From assembly GCA_963804995.1 (NCBI GenBank), contig CAWDSK010000006.1, positions 1 through 64,000 on the forward strand: a DNA stretch of 64,000 nt, given 5' to 3'. The translations under genes and the position numbers were made by a program. Under the pieces are notes generated by a model. That model ran no database searches, was not told the origin of the DNA, and was given only the letters and a program-made list of their open reading frames with translations. This document shows positions 31,301 to 42,412 of this stretch, one piece after another; the first letter of the stretch is position 1; every line of letters starts with the position of its first letter. Origin of the DNA: an uncultured Acidobacteriota bacterium. GTDB lineage: Bacteria > Acidobacteriota > Terriglobia > UBA7540.

Positions 31301-33918
31301 ATTCCGGAGAGAAGGGACTCGGGAATTCTGGCGGCGCGCACTTCTCCCCAGGTCCTTAGCAGTTCGGTTGGGTTTTGCAGAACGTTGTTCCGGATTGCTT
31401 CTTCGACAAGCAGTTCCGCATTGAAGTCCTCTCCCGATCGAAGCTCCGGCCTCAGTCTCACATCGAGTAACTTCGCACTGAGCAGAACAGCGAGATACAG
31501 ATCCTCAATAGATATCAAAGGACCTATAGCGGGTATCTCCTGCAAGAGCTTGTACCCATAGATTATGAGGGGTCGGAGCGTATCCTGTGTCGAATACTTC
31601 TGAATGTTTGGAGCAAGCCTCGCAGCTGTTTGGCGGGAATCTGAGAAAATCAATACCTTGCGCCCGCGAAGCGGCGCAAGGCGAGTCGCGACAACCGAGC
31701 TAGGCGGTTGGATTTGAATCTGGCGCGTGATTAAAGCTTGGAATGGTTGATCGCCTTTCGTCTGGTGGTCTTGCACGGACGAACGGCCATACCCAGCGGA
31801 CTGACCGCAAACGGCACACGGTCGAAACTCTCCTTGAGATCCCGTGGGGGTTTCGACTCCCTCTTCGTCGTCCGGGGAAGCTGAAACAACCCGCGCGTTT
31901 CGCAGATACACGGTCCGAAATCTTCCAGCTTTCGGCGGGTTCAACCTTCCTGTATCGAGATCGAAGTCAGCTGGCTCGACCTCTCCATCCCCAGGATGCT
32001 CAAGGAGAAGGTCCAACGGTTCTAGTTCTAACTTTTCGCCGGCAGCAGTGCGCACCGGAATGCCTGATTCTTGCCAGAGGAAATTCGGGGCCTCAAGGTC
32101 GTCAGTAAAGGCACGAGCGTATGCTGTGCCACAGTTGCGGCAAGTAAAGAACTCTAGGATTCGGGTTCCGCAATCGCATCGTTCACGTGGCTGAGCATAC
32201 ATTTTTCCGGCTGGTCCGCCCCGTAGACCTTGTGGCAGTGCAGAACAATTTGGATCCATGCACACCCACAGCCCGGGCAGGCCTCGGTAAAACGAATGTA
32301 CTCGGCATGGAAGAAGCCCGGGCTCATCCGGAGACTTTTTTGCCAAACTTCCCAGGGCCATCAGCGCCGTAGTCGCGCGGTCGGCGATCGTATTATCGAC
32401 GCCAGGAAATATTAGAGCGGCCAGCCCCTCCAGGGGCTGCGCTTGTTGCATTGTTAGATTTACTATTAAATTCATTGGGGAGAAGCCGACGAGTGCGTTG
32501 TAGACCGTCTTGGAGAGGTCCAATGCACGTGCTTCTTGGCGGTAGTCGAGAAATGGCTGGATCGCATTCAGACGCATCACTTCCGATTCGGCGTAGAAGT
32601 GATCGAAATCTATAGAGGCCAGCGCTTCGGCATCCGCTCCAGTGCCCACAGATGCAGGTGAACGAAGGGCGAGGTCCCCTGTGATAGGGACGAATGAATG
32701 CGGGGTCTTTCCAGTGAGTTCCGCGCCGAACTGAGGCGCGTATGTGTAGTCACTGAAACTTGCACTCGTGCAGATAACCTGTATTCTTTCGGGCGGAATT
32801 CCCAGCCGCACCCGCAGCCGTCGAATGAGCAGCGCGACCTCGGCTCCTGCCGCTCCTCGGTACAGGTGCGCCTCATCGAGTACAAGTAGAAAGTTCTCCT
32901 TGGGATGATCATGTAGCCACCGCCGAGTCTCGTCAAAAATCGGGCGCTCAAGAGGACGCATCAGCATATATTCAAGCATCGAATAGTTGGTTACTATCAG
33001 ATCTGGAGGCGCTTGCTGCACTTCGTGCCGAGTCAAGAGTTCGGGATCATCAGCCAGGGTTACGCAGCGCTTAAATTCTCCATTCTTGTCCTGCCACCGT
33101 GAGCCGAGCCTTCCGAACCATGCGACCAAATCGGGCTTTGCAGGCCATTTCCCGCGTTTCTGCAATTCTTCGACGAGACTTTTCGAGACTTCACGTCGTG
33201 GGGAATTTGGATCTAATGAATTCAAAATATGACGAACGTAGTAAGCACCGATCGATGATAAACGCTCCTGGTCTTTCTTTGGGTCACGGACTCCCGGGTA
33301 AAGGGTCCTGCTCGTATACCGCGCGAAGCGTGCAGGGCGACCAGCCCATGTTTTGAACCGCAGGGTCAGGCGCTTATCACCGAACAACAACCTCAAACGC
33401 CCGAGCTGATCATTAACGAGTGCGTTCATCGGATACAAGATCATCGCCCTGACCGCAGCGTAATCCCGAAAAGAGCTAGGGTTCGCTGTCGCTTCCCTGG
33501 CAAGCTTGCCCAGTATTGGCAGCAGGAAACTCTCTGTTTTTCCTGACCCGGTTCCGGTCATTATCATGAGGCTTTTTCCTTTAACGAGAGATTGGTAGAT
33601 AGCCTCCGTCTGATGATGATATGGCGGGTCATAGACCAGTTGCCTTCCTTGCTCATTAGGGCTGCTTAGTGTTTCAAAAAGTCCGGCAATGTGGGGTTCG
33701 AGATTTTCGATGTCTCTAAATCTACATCCTGGTTTGTAGCGCGGGGTGCTCTCGATGTAAGGACGCTGATATATGACACCGAGGTCGTCAAGCAGTCTGC
33801 GCCGCTGGGCAATCAAGCCGGGATCACCAATGTGATACGTGGCCTCAATATACTCACGCAAAGAGCGCTGTAATTCGTTGATCGTTTCGTTGATTGTCGC
33901 TGGCATGTTATCTCCCAC
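28380..33918 (-). pseudogene. druE: Druantia DruE-like large DEAD/DEAH helicase with C-terminal DUF1998 (~1845 aa if intact), interrupted by a TGA at 30457-30459 and a +1 frameshift near 29422
   Basis: Motifs TGTGSGKTESF, YPMNALVNDQ, LDEAHLY, TTTMEVGIDIG and QRAG*AGRRG. DUF1998 YDTLPGGAGF...CDCDRSCYRC. The three ORF pieces are collinear. Confidence 0.85.
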
Positions 33919-34984
33919 TCCCGTCCTGCCGAACCATCCACATTCGTTCTTGAGCGAAATTAATTTCCGTGTCGAGTTGCGTCATGTCGAATGCATATGA
34001 GAACAAACAACCGGTGCTTACGACGGACCTACCGACGAAATCCCACCTCCGGCGAGCCCACAATGGCACAGGAGAGAAGAAATCGAGAAGCCTTTCGTTT
34101 GGGCGGGCGCCGTCACGCACTCGGAAAATCTGAGGTGTGCCTCTCATTGAATCTATTGCCTGCTGTAAGTGGAAGGCCTCATCGCAAGCTCTCCATTTGT
34201 GCTCATATATCGGCAAATCAAGTAGCTTTTCGAGCGCCCCGCCTTGGATTGAGACATAGCACCATAAATCGGCCCCGAATGGCTGCGGTCGCCTCGCGAC
34301 GAATAATCCGGTCTGAGTCTTTAGCGGTATCCACCTGGCCCGGTAGAATCGGACGGAGCGTTTGGGATCAAGCAAAATCATTTCCGGGATGGCCCCAGAA
34401 ATGCCCGCGAGGGCAAGTTTCTGGTCGTACTTTGCTACGTGGTTTCCTGCGGGGGCACACGATGGTAATCTCAACCACGCCTCTGGTTGCACCTCCAAAA
34501 GACCGAGATCCAAAAGGCGAGAGCGCGTCTTGATGTCCGCGTTGTGGATGGCCACTCGATAGTTTTCAAACGTTAATGTGACATCAATTTCCACGTCAAT
34601 TGGAAATCTTCCGTCGGGGTAGATACCGAATAGCAGCACTGTTGATTCAGACAGATATACGAAGCTCGGTGGAGCGGCGTACAACAGTTGAGCAGAGGTC
34701 TGAGAGGCAATATCCCTAGATTCAATAAAATCTCCGTAGGCCAGCAGCGAATCCAACATGTCCTCAATGTTGTCTCCGAGCTCCTCCGGGTCAAGATCGA
34801 AGCCTTCGAATGCCCCTGTGACTGTCCGAATAAGTTGGGAAGGTGGACAAGGGCAGAGGAAGGCTCCTGCTCTCCTCAAAAGAGCCGCAATGGCTTCGGG
34901 GGCAGTCATGTTGATGAGGTCGGATTCGAAACCGAGATCCGAGGCGGCAATTGACTGCACGGCTTCCACACTGATTTGCTGCAT
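33908..34984 (-). CDS. Druantia-associated hypothetical protein (358 aa; occupies the DruD/DruG-like position)
   Basis: ATG 34984. Overlaps the druE start and lies 8 nt from the upstream gene. No recognisable catalytic motif. Confidence 0.65.
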   Translation of the reverse strand: MQQISVEAVQSIAASDLGFESDLINMTAPEAIAALLRRAGAFLCPCPPSQLIRTVTGAFEGFDLDPEELGDNIEDMLDSLLAYGDFIESRDIASQTSAQLLYAAPPSFVYLSESTVLLFGIYPDGRFPIDVEIDVTLTFENYRVAIHNADIKTRSRLLDLGLLEVQPEAWLRLPSCAPAGNHVAKYDQKLALAGISGAIPEMILLDPKRSVRFYRARWIPLKTQTGLFVARRPQPFGADLWCYVSIQGGALEKLLDLPIYEHKWRACDEAFHLQQAIDSMRGTPQIFRVRDGARPNERLLDFFSPVPLWARRRWDFVGRSVVSTGCLFSYAFDMTQLDTEINFAQERMWMVRQDGSGR

Positions 34985-34992
34985 TATGAGCC

Positions 34993-37878
34993 TCAGTGAG
35001 CTACGTTGTCGGTAGACGGCTGCATTAGAGTGACAAACCTTGCCGTCCTCGCCAGGAGACGCTGCCGACGCAGGTAAGTGAGAGCGATGGCAAATTCGTC
35101 GGCAGCCCACAGGCGGACGCCTTCGGTGGCGCCGAAGGAGCGGAGAGCAAACTCCGTGATCCATTGATAGCCACTCATCCCGTGGTCATGTGCAAGCGAG
35201 ATGGCAGGGAGTTCAGCGAATTGGTGCAACGTGCGAACCAACAGCTTCGCTGCGCCATTTATGGATAACCATTTAAAATCGTCAGATTTTGTGGCCAATT
35301 GATTCAGGATATAGTTCTCCCTCGGGCTCGTGGAAATCGTCTCCTTGAACGTCTCAACAAGGTCGCGGTCTTGGTTCAGGGTACGTTCAATTGCGGCCCA
35401 TTTGTCGCCGCAGAGCAAGGCTACAATAGTATTCCTAAGCATACTGAGCACTTGTTCTTTTCGTATTTTTGCGAACAAGTCGCCTGGCAGGCGCGATCTC
35501 GACCACAACTCGAAGACCGCGAATATGTGATCGAGACGGTTCTCAGCGCTCTGCGTTCCAACACATGTACTTCCTAGGCCAAGATCGTTCAGAGAATGAA
35601 TCCGCGGCGGGATAACTACGGAGCATTGGTGGTCGCCAGATTTTCCGAGATACAGGCCGCCGTTTTCGGGAACCTGGAAGCCCGCAAGAAACTGAGGCCC
35701 GTTCAGTATTTCTTCCCGGTCTGGGTGGTCAAAGGACAGATACGACACCGTAATCGGTCGCTCCTCGTCGAGTTGAACGATGCGCAGAAAGTAGGATTGA
35801 TTCTGATGGCGTAATGCCCATCGTAGTGGAACAAACTCTCGCTCACATCGAACTTTCTGCTGACCTAATTCCCTGGTCCGAATATTGAGAACACATGCTG
35901 ATGCCTCGTCATATGCATTCTGCATGTGTTGAGTTTGAACGGCAGTTTTGAACGTGTTGAAAAATGTGTTGGCCGATACCGGTAATTTAATGGGACCAAA
36001 TTTGCGTTCAGCAATTAGAGCGGAGCAGTTCCGATCTCGATACATGAGGAGTTCCACCTCCGCATCATGGCAATCGGGCCCTAGAATCTCCACAACTGCA
36101 CTGCCTTCCCACAACTGCTCCATTGTTGGATTCGCCGGAGTAACAACGAGTTGGAGCGGCGAAGTGAATCCAGTGAGGTGATGTACGGCGCGGGGTGGCC
36201 TCACTTGCAAGTTAAGAGTTCCTATTGTTGCACGTTCCTGCGAGGCGTCGAAAAGGGAGAGCGTATACTTACCTTGGCCGAGTTCGCCAAGGCAAATGAA
36301 CATCGGATTCCTAATTTCACTCTGAGGAATAACCATCTCCGCTGGCTGTGGTCCTGAGAGACTCAGGACTAGGCCGGCTAAGGGAAAGTCAATCGCGATC
36401 CCTATACAGGGCCGGTCAGTATTCAGCCATTCGCAGGCACCCTCTCCGTCCCATACGGGAGGGACCAAACCGGCTGGCCAGACTCGAACTGCCCTAGCTG
36501 TGGTCAGTCCCAGTTCTCTAATTTTCTGTGAATAAGACTTGGAAATAGTTTCGGGCAGCGAAGTGCGAATCGCATGGATTCCAACGCATACCAATGTTAC
36601 GGGCGTGGCTCCTATGCCAGTTCCACAGAGAGGATCAGCACTCAGGACGACGTAGTCATTGCCCGGTCGTAAGATTTTGGTCAAATGTTCGACGGCTGAA
36701 CCGTCACTTGCACAGCGAAACACCCACGTTGGTCCCGGACGCAGCAAACACTCTGTGTGAAGCAGGCAATCAAGTTCTGGCACAGAATCGTCGAATTTCA
36801 AGAGCACTTGGCCTGTTTTTGGCCACCGAACAAGCGAAACCTCTTGTTCTGAAAATAGTACTCTGCCTCGGGCGAGCGGGCGGGGATCCCGCGCTCCAGC
36901 AACCGAGCAGCGCTGGCCAACGAGAATTTCCTTGAAGTTCGGAAACTTGGAGAGGAGGGGAGACAAGTTTGAAATTCGTAGCCGAACATCCCACGATCCA
37001 TTGGGGAGAGGGCGCAAAATGATTCTGGGTTCGATCCCGATTTCTCGCAATTCCCGTTTCGTACTGTTTTCATCTTCATCAGTTTGGCAACTCTCGCTTT
37101 TCTCGTCGAGTTCACCTACTGGCGCGCTGCCTTTTCGCAGCCCCGTCAGCCGAACCGCTGTAGCGTGCTGTCGAGCATCGCTCAACCATTCGCGCGACCT
37201 ACGCTCTAAATCCAAATCGGTCGCGATGCGTCGGCGCGTAGTCGGAAGGATCAGGCTGCTTGATTCTTCATTTTCGTTTAGCAGCAGAGAGGAGGCGATT
37301 TGTCCGACCAGGAGATGTTGTTCTGCGAGGTTTTGGAATCTCGAACTAGTCCTCCAACTGTAGGCCTCGATCCGTTCACCTAACATTTGCGGCGAACTTA
37401 GAAGTTCAGCATCAAAATAACCTCGGATGTCGTATAGAACTTCTGCGAGTTGCCGTTGAAGGTCTTTGGGAATAATGGCGTGCGTTATTGGCCAGGAGAT
37501 GATTGAAAAATGTTCAGCCCAACGGCCGTAGGGTTTTGCACCACCGAACCCCCGGTGAAACTTGCGAAAGGCCTCTCTAATCCAGTCACGATCCCCATGC
37601 ATTGACCAGCCGGGTGTACGGTCCGAAAAGGTCTGCCAGTATTCATCGCCGGAGAAGTCATACCCGATTTCGGTGGCGTAAACTACCCAGGCCAGCCAGT
37701 GGCGGTCCGACGGGCCAGTCTGCGCTATGTGATATTTTATGGCTTGTGAAAGAGCGTCGCGGTCAGATTCATTCATCCCATGCTCTAGGGCAAACAGAGC
37801 ACGCCTATTGCGATCAGGCTGCCGCTGCAGGGTCGCGAAATGCTGTTCGAGATTGACTTGCCATTCATTTAGTGTCAT
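34993..37878 (-). CDS. Druantia-associated large hypothetical protein (~961 aa; occupies the DruF or DruB/C-like position)
   Basis: Long ORF in an operon with druE. N-terminus WVVYATEIGYDFSGDEYW...THAIIPKDLQ followed by beta-rich regions. Confidence 0.65.
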   Translation of the reverse strand: MTLNEWQVNLEQHFATLQRQPDRNRRALFALEHGMNESDRDALSQAIKYHIAQTGPSDRHWLAWVVYATEIGYDFSGDEYWQTFSDRTPGWSMHGDRDWIREAFRKFHRGFGGAKPYGRWAEHFSIISWPITHAIIPKDLQRQLAEVLYDIRGYFDAELLSSPQMLGERIEAYSWRTSSRFQNLAEQHLLVGQIASSLLLNENEESSSLILPTTRRRIATDLDLERRSREWLSDARQHATAVRLTGLRKGSAPVGELDEKSESCQTDEDENSTKRELREIGIEPRIILRPLPNGSWDVRLRISNLSPLLSKFPNFKEILVGQRCSVAGARDPRPLARGRVLFSEQEVSLVRWPKTGQVLLKFDDSVPELDCLLHTECLLRPGPTWVFRCASDGSAVEHLTKILRPGNDYVVLSADPLCGTGIGATPVTLVCVGIHAIRTSLPETISKSYSQKIRELGLTTARAVRVWPAGLVPPVWDGEGACEWLNTDRPCIGIAIDFPLAGLVLSLSGPQPAEMVIPQSEIRNPMFICLGELGQGKYTLSLFDASQERATIGTLNLQVRPPRAVHHLTGFTSPLQLVVTPANPTMEQLWEGSAVVEILGPDCHDAEVELLMYRDRNCSALIAERKFGPIKLPVSANTFFNTFKTAVQTQHMQNAYDEASACVLNIRTRELGQQKVRCEREFVPLRWALRHQNQSYFLRIVQLDEERPITVSYLSFDHPDREEILNGPQFLAGFQVPENGGLYLGKSGDHQCSVVIPPRIHSLNDLGLGSTCVGTQSAENRLDHIFAVFELWSRSRLPGDLFAKIRKEQVLSMLRNTIVALLCGDKWAAIERTLNQDRDLVETFKETISTSPRENYILNQLATKSDDFKWLSINGAAKLLVRTLHQFAELPAISLAHDHGMSGYQWITEFALRSFGATEGVRLWAADEFAIALTYLRRQRLLARTARFVTLMQPSTDNVAH

Positions 37879-38586
37879 CTGTGGAATCAAGCCTTTGAGA
37901 TGACCGAGCCATTGCCCCACTACTGTTGCAAGAGTCTACACCACAGCCGGGACCAGTGAAATCGGATTTCTAGGGCTACAGTGCTGCTTGGCAAATGTGT
38001 TTGACCGATCGGTCGGGTGGGGTTGTGCTGCCCAAAGCTGTTTTCGCCCGCAACCCAAAGGGCCCGGGCGTTACACTTGTCTGCCTCTCCGCGCCAGCCA
38101 ATTCCGCGTCACCATTTGGCTCTGCGAATTTCTCGAGGCTTCATTCCCTTTGATTTGTCCGCGCGTGAATAAGGCGGCCAGCGGAGGAAACAAAATGATT
38201 GGGCTGGTGCATTCTCTCTGGACACGGCATTTGGGTTTCGGTCACGCAAACTACGGGCGATAATTATCTTGTTTCTGTCATGAGGTGCGCAGTGTGCCTG
38301 TAGTGAGGTATAGGTGGCGCGTGGACTCGCGAGCCGTAGCTGAATCACTGCAGACGATTCGGAAGAGAGACACTCCCACCAGCCTCGCCTGAAAGCAATC
38401 GGGAAGAGGCTGAAGTAAAGCTTGTCACCCTGCTACGCGGCACGTTGCCAATTCTCGTCATTGCATTGCTCGCCATCTACTTTGAGCAGGTCAGGAAGGT
38501 AAGGAAGTCGCCGAAGTCGTGCAAGGGCTCGCATAAACCGGTTTCGGACCGAGAAAGGAACTCCGCCTGGCGACACTGAATGAGAG

Positions 38587-40569
38587 TTACTCCTCCGTAC
38601 ACGACGGCAAGATGACGCGGGCCCCATGCTCTAGAGGGTAATTGACCGAGTGCTTCTCAACTTCAGGCAATGTGTCTTCTCTCAGAATCCTTTTGGAAAG
38701 CCACCTCTTTATCCAATAATCACCAATTTTTCGAGTTACTTCCCTTGGATTTGACCTGCCGTATATGAAATTGGCCCGCTTCGCTACCCCCAATAAAACC
38801 TCTCGAAAATTTGAGGCGAGGCTTATGCCATAAATTATTCGCGCGTTCCCGTGCATTAACAGCGAATCGGACGGCAGTCCAACAAGGGCGAGCCCGTCAC
38901 GGATCTTTCGAAACCTCGGATTAACGCCCTCGCCGAAGATACTGTTGACCCTGCGGCCCCCCTCACTCCTTGCCAACAGCACTTCGATTTCGTCTACGGT
39001 CGTCGGCGAAAGGTGATTCGAGCCGAACCCGAGCGACCGGCCCAACAATTCGTATTGCACTCCCGTTGCGGGCTTTCCGCCGACCTCTTCCGCAGGTATC
39101 CTCAAACGGTTGTATTGGCTGGAAGCGACGCCGTACAAACTTGTGGTCCCAAGTAGGACGAGTTGCGGCGTACGAAGGGCTGGTTTTCCGGCCATGGAGG
39201 AAGCAATAATGCTGGGAGTATTCCCATACCGCCGTTCGTACGCTACCGCAACCTCTGGGCTCGTAACGAGCATGGCGACCAGCTTTCCTCCGAGGAGAGG
39301 GTTATATGGAGCCACTGCGCCGCAAACCATGATATCTAGCATGTCGATGCCGATGTGACTGGCCTTCATATGCCGGATGATCACCTGGATGCCCCTTCGT
39401 CCTGGACTTGTCTTCAGTGCTAGGCCGAGAGTGTGTTTCGTGGGGGACTTGAATCCGGCTTCAAGTAAATTGAGTCTTGCTGCGAGGAGTTCGGCTAAGA
39501 CTTTTGCCCGCTTCGCCCTGAATAAGTACGATCGGGCTTCCTGCTCCCAGTCCTGTGTTGACTTCTTGTGTTGGCTTGACTTAGGGAATTTCCTATGCCA
39601 CTGACGAGCTAAGACGGCTTCCCTTAGTAGGGTGTCGACGATCTTTGGCGATGGGCTAAGCAGGTCTCTGCGCCTGACAATTTGTTCCTCTAGAAAGTCA
39701 TTGATATACACTGCCTTGACAAGTCGACTCCATGACTGCCAAATCCACTCCGCCCACCGTTTGGTCGGTTTTTGTTCGAGGCTCTCGATAAATCTGGCCG
39801 GCGTCCACCCTATCCAATTATCGCGCGGCGTCAATTGCACCACAGCACTCCCGAGTGCAGCGATGCCGATGATCGGATGGTTTTCGGCGGCCGCGTCCCG
39901 GACCAGAAGGCAGACTTGTCGTCCGGGCACGCTGTGGTATGGAATGACCCACGTATGTCTGAAGTACCGCCAAATATCGGCTAACCTGAGGCCAGTGAAT
40001 TCACAGGTTGCGCCTCGCTCGACGACTTGAATGTAAGGATCAATGCAGGCTCGAAGTGACTCCAGCCTCTTGGCTTCGTTCTCGCAATGGTCTATGGCCC
40101 GGAGTTTAGCGCTTAAGTCGGGTCCATCGCGCACAAGGGATAGGACCGACACCCAGCCGTTTGCTCCGACCCGTTTTGTCTCCATGCTTCGGATGAATTG
40201 CCGTGTGGCTGGAAGACAAAGCTGTGAGTCTCGTTCGAAAAGGTGGGCCTCCCGCACGCGTTGCTTCTCTAACGAAAACGAACTTGAGTCCGCTTCTGGG
40301 GGACAGCCCCAAAGCTGGGGCCCCTCCACGCGGAAAGTCCACCCTTGAACCCGAAGGTCGCAAAGAACTGAGACGCAGACCCGGAGTTCGTGGTTGCACT
40401 TGCCGGCTTCCTCTGCGGCTCTGAAGGCAGTTGTGCGAAGGGCCGCCGTTTCATTTCTGTCCGCGATCTTCCCTAGCTTTCGCGCAAACTCGAGCAGAAG
40501 GGCCCTTGCCTTGCCGTCGGAAAGGAGATTGGGCTTAAGTGGAACACAGTCTTTGTGCTGCTCGCTCAA
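38587..40569 (-). CDS. druA: Druantia DruA-like DUF4338 protein
   Basis: Segments WRYFRHTW...VPGR...LVRDAA..HPIIGIAALGS, CGAVAPYNPLLGGKLVAML and TTSLYG..SSQYNRL. Confidence 0.8.
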   Translation of the reverse strand: MSEQHKDCVPLKPNLLSDGKARALLLEFARKLGKIADRNETAALRTTAFRAAEEAGKCNHELRVCVSVLCDLRVQGWTFRVEGPQLWGCPPEADSSSFSLEKQRVREAHLFERDSQLCLPATRQFIRSMETKRVGANGWVSVLSLVRDGPDLSAKLRAIDHCENEAKRLESLRACIDPYIQVVERGATCEFTGLRLADIWRYFRHTWVIPYHSVPGRQVCLLVRDAAAENHPIIGIAALGSAVVQLTPRDNWIGWTPARFIESLEQKPTKRWAEWIWQSWSRLVKAVYINDFLEEQIVRRRDLLSPSPKIVDTLLREAVLARQWHRKFPKSSQHKKSTQDWEQEARSYLFRAKRAKVLAELLAARLNLLEAGFKSPTKHTLGLALKTSPGRRGIQVIIRHMKASHIGIDMLDIMVCGAVAPYNPLLGGKLVAMLVTSPEVAVAYERRYGNTPSIIASSMAGKPALRTPQLVLLGTTSLYGVASSQYNRLRIPAEEVGGKPATGVQYELLGRSLGFGSNHLSPTTVDEIEVLLARSEGGRRVNSIFGEGVNPRFRKIRDGLALVGLPSDSLLMHGNARIIYGISLASNFREVLLGVAKRANFIYGRSNPREVTRKIGDYWIKRWLSKRILREDTLPEVEKHSVNYPLEHGARVILPSCTEE

Positions 40570-40571
40570 CG

Positions 40572-42086
40572 CTAGCTCCCGAGAAAGGCCGCCAGAATAT
40601 TACTCCAAGCTATGCGCTTTCGGTTGTACCAATATCGTTGCTGGGGATTGACCGCTTCTGCCTCGGCTCTTGCCAGCGAAAAAAGAAGGCAATCGATGCT
40701 TACTCGCAATTCCCTGGAACCCTCTCCGCAGAGTGGGGCATAGACACGGTCGAAAAAAGGATGGTTACGGTTAAGGACCAACACGAGGGCGCCACGCTGG
40801 CGCTTCAAGGAATAAAAGGCCTCTTCGCGTAAGGGAAGAATAGATAGAGCGTATTTGGGGTTTCGATCCGTGCCTCTAGAAAGGGAAGAGAGCATCGGAG
40901 GATGCCGCCCTCCTGCCTTCTCTGGAATCGGGGGAAGGTATTTATCCCTTTGAGAGAGAATCTGAGCCGCGGGAGTCTTGGGGCGATCGTTTACCTTCGA
41001 ATATGCACGCCGGACGCGCGAATTCAGCGTGTGTGCGATGGCTTCGAGGTCTGCAGTTAGAATAGCTTCCAATTCGGGGCTCGGGTGAATAGCCTGCTTC
41101 GTGTAAGTCGGCCGGAAGTACTCGTCCAACTCCGCTCCGAAGGCTATCTCACATCGCCACCAATCGTCATAGTTTTCTCTTCGCTTCTTTCCCATGAAAT
41201 GCCAACCGTAACTGACCTCGCGACCTGCCCTTACAAGGGATGCGCCAGCGCCTTTGACAATGCCGTACCGGCGCTTGTCCTCAACAGGCAGATCGTGCCA
41301 ATCGGCGACTGGGAGTTCCGAAAAACGAACACAAATAGCTGAATTCCTCCCTGGATTGCCTGGCAGCCGGAACTTGTACGTGAGGGGCTTGGCGTAGATC
41401 TTGGCGCCGGTGAGGGGCGTGTCATGGTGGCAGAAGAGGGGATCAACGGGGACCACTCGTGTCCCGTTGATTGAGATCTCGACCCCGGCCCAGATTGAGT
41501 ATCGAAATATCCTTCCGATTTGGTTGCGCAGCTTTTCCCCTGAGACCGAGGTTGGCGTCTTTTCCAGCCTGTCGCATTTCCGCCAAACGACTAACGTGCC
41601 TGTTGCGCCTGAATAGGCTCGTGCCCATCCGGGCAATTTGGCGCTTCGGGGAGGCGGGATCTCCCGCATGGTGCCGTCGGCGATTTCGTCTACATCCAAA
41701 TACGAGTAGAGCGTACCGCCAGATCTTCTCCACGTGTAGATTTCCAGCCTGCGGGCTTGACTCAGTGAACTGGAGGGTAATCCCATGCCAAAGCGACCGG
41801 GGCCTGTCCGGTCATTGAATCGCGTTGTGCCCCCGAACTGTAAGGCCGCCCTGAGAGTGCGGTCGTCCATTCCGCAACCGTTGTCTAGGGCTGCAACCGT
41901 GACGCCGTGGTCCTTTTGAGATGTATCTTCTGTTGTAATGAAGACGCGCACTTTACTTGATTTGGCCTGAATGGAATTGTCCAAAAGTTCTGCAATTGCA
42001 TATGCTGGCCCTCCGTACCCGACCTCTCTAATTGCCAAGATAAAGTTCTGATCAGCCACGATGGAGAAGTCCCGTTGCAGTCCCAT
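40572..42086 (-). CDS. MORC-like GHKL (HATPase_c) ATPase
   Basis: Bergerat-fold motifs AELLDNSIQA, DNGCGM, GRFGMGL and GTLV, followed by an S5-like region. Its stop lies 2 nt before the druA start. Confidence 0.85.
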   Translation of the reverse strand: MGLQRDFSIVADQNFILAIREVGYGGPAYAIAELLDNSIQAKSSKVRVFITTEDTSQKDHGVTVAALDNGCGMDDRTLRAALQFGGTTRFNDRTGPGRFGMGLPSSSLSQARRLEIYTWRRSGGTLYSYLDVDEIADGTMREIPPPRSAKLPGWARAYSGATGTLVVWRKCDRLEKTPTSVSGEKLRNQIGRIFRYSIWAGVEISINGTRVVPVDPLFCHHDTPLTGAKIYAKPLTYKFRLPGNPGRNSAICVRFSELPVADWHDLPVEDKRRYGIVKGAGASLVRAGREVSYGWHFMGKKRRENYDDWWRCEIAFGAELDEYFRPTYTKQAIHPSPELEAILTADLEAIAHTLNSRVRRAYSKVNDRPKTPAAQILSQRDKYLPPIPEKAGGRHPPMLSSLSRGTDRNPKYALSILPLREEAFYSLKRQRGALVLVLNRNHPFFDRVYAPLCGEGSRELRVSIDCLLFSLARAEAEAVNPQQRYWYNRKRIAWSNILAAFLGS

Positions 42087-42193
42087 TTGCGTTTCCTTTC
42101 TTTGCCTAGTTCAATTCCATTAAGATTTAATAATCGTACGCACGATTTGTCAAGGAAGAACTTTCCCCGGACTGCACGTACACCTCGACGCGA

Positions 42194-42412
42194 TTAGTTG
42201 AGAGATTGGGCCGCCGTGGGCTTAACATACCCGCAGGGGCAGCGTCCCGTGCTAGGCGAAAATCGGTGCGAACGGTAAAGTGGGCATCGAGGGTAGAGCC
42301 GGGGTTGTCCACCAGTATGCGGAACAAGATTGGCTCGTTCAGGCCTTGGGATCTTTGCCCACCGTTTGCGTGCAAGCTTGGAGGCGTGAATGTCTTTGCG
42401 TTTCTTGGTCAT
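42194..42412 (-). CDS. Small basic protein with a Cys/His cluster (possible Zn-binding regulator)
   Basis: 72 aa with a K/R-rich N-terminus and C-x5-H-x8-C-x-C. Same strand, just upstream of the MORC gene. No clear RBS. Confidence 0.35.
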   Translation of the reverse strand: MTKKRKDIHASKLARKRWAKIPRPERANLVPHTGGQPRLYPRCPLYRSHRFSPSTGRCPCGYVKPTAAQSLN

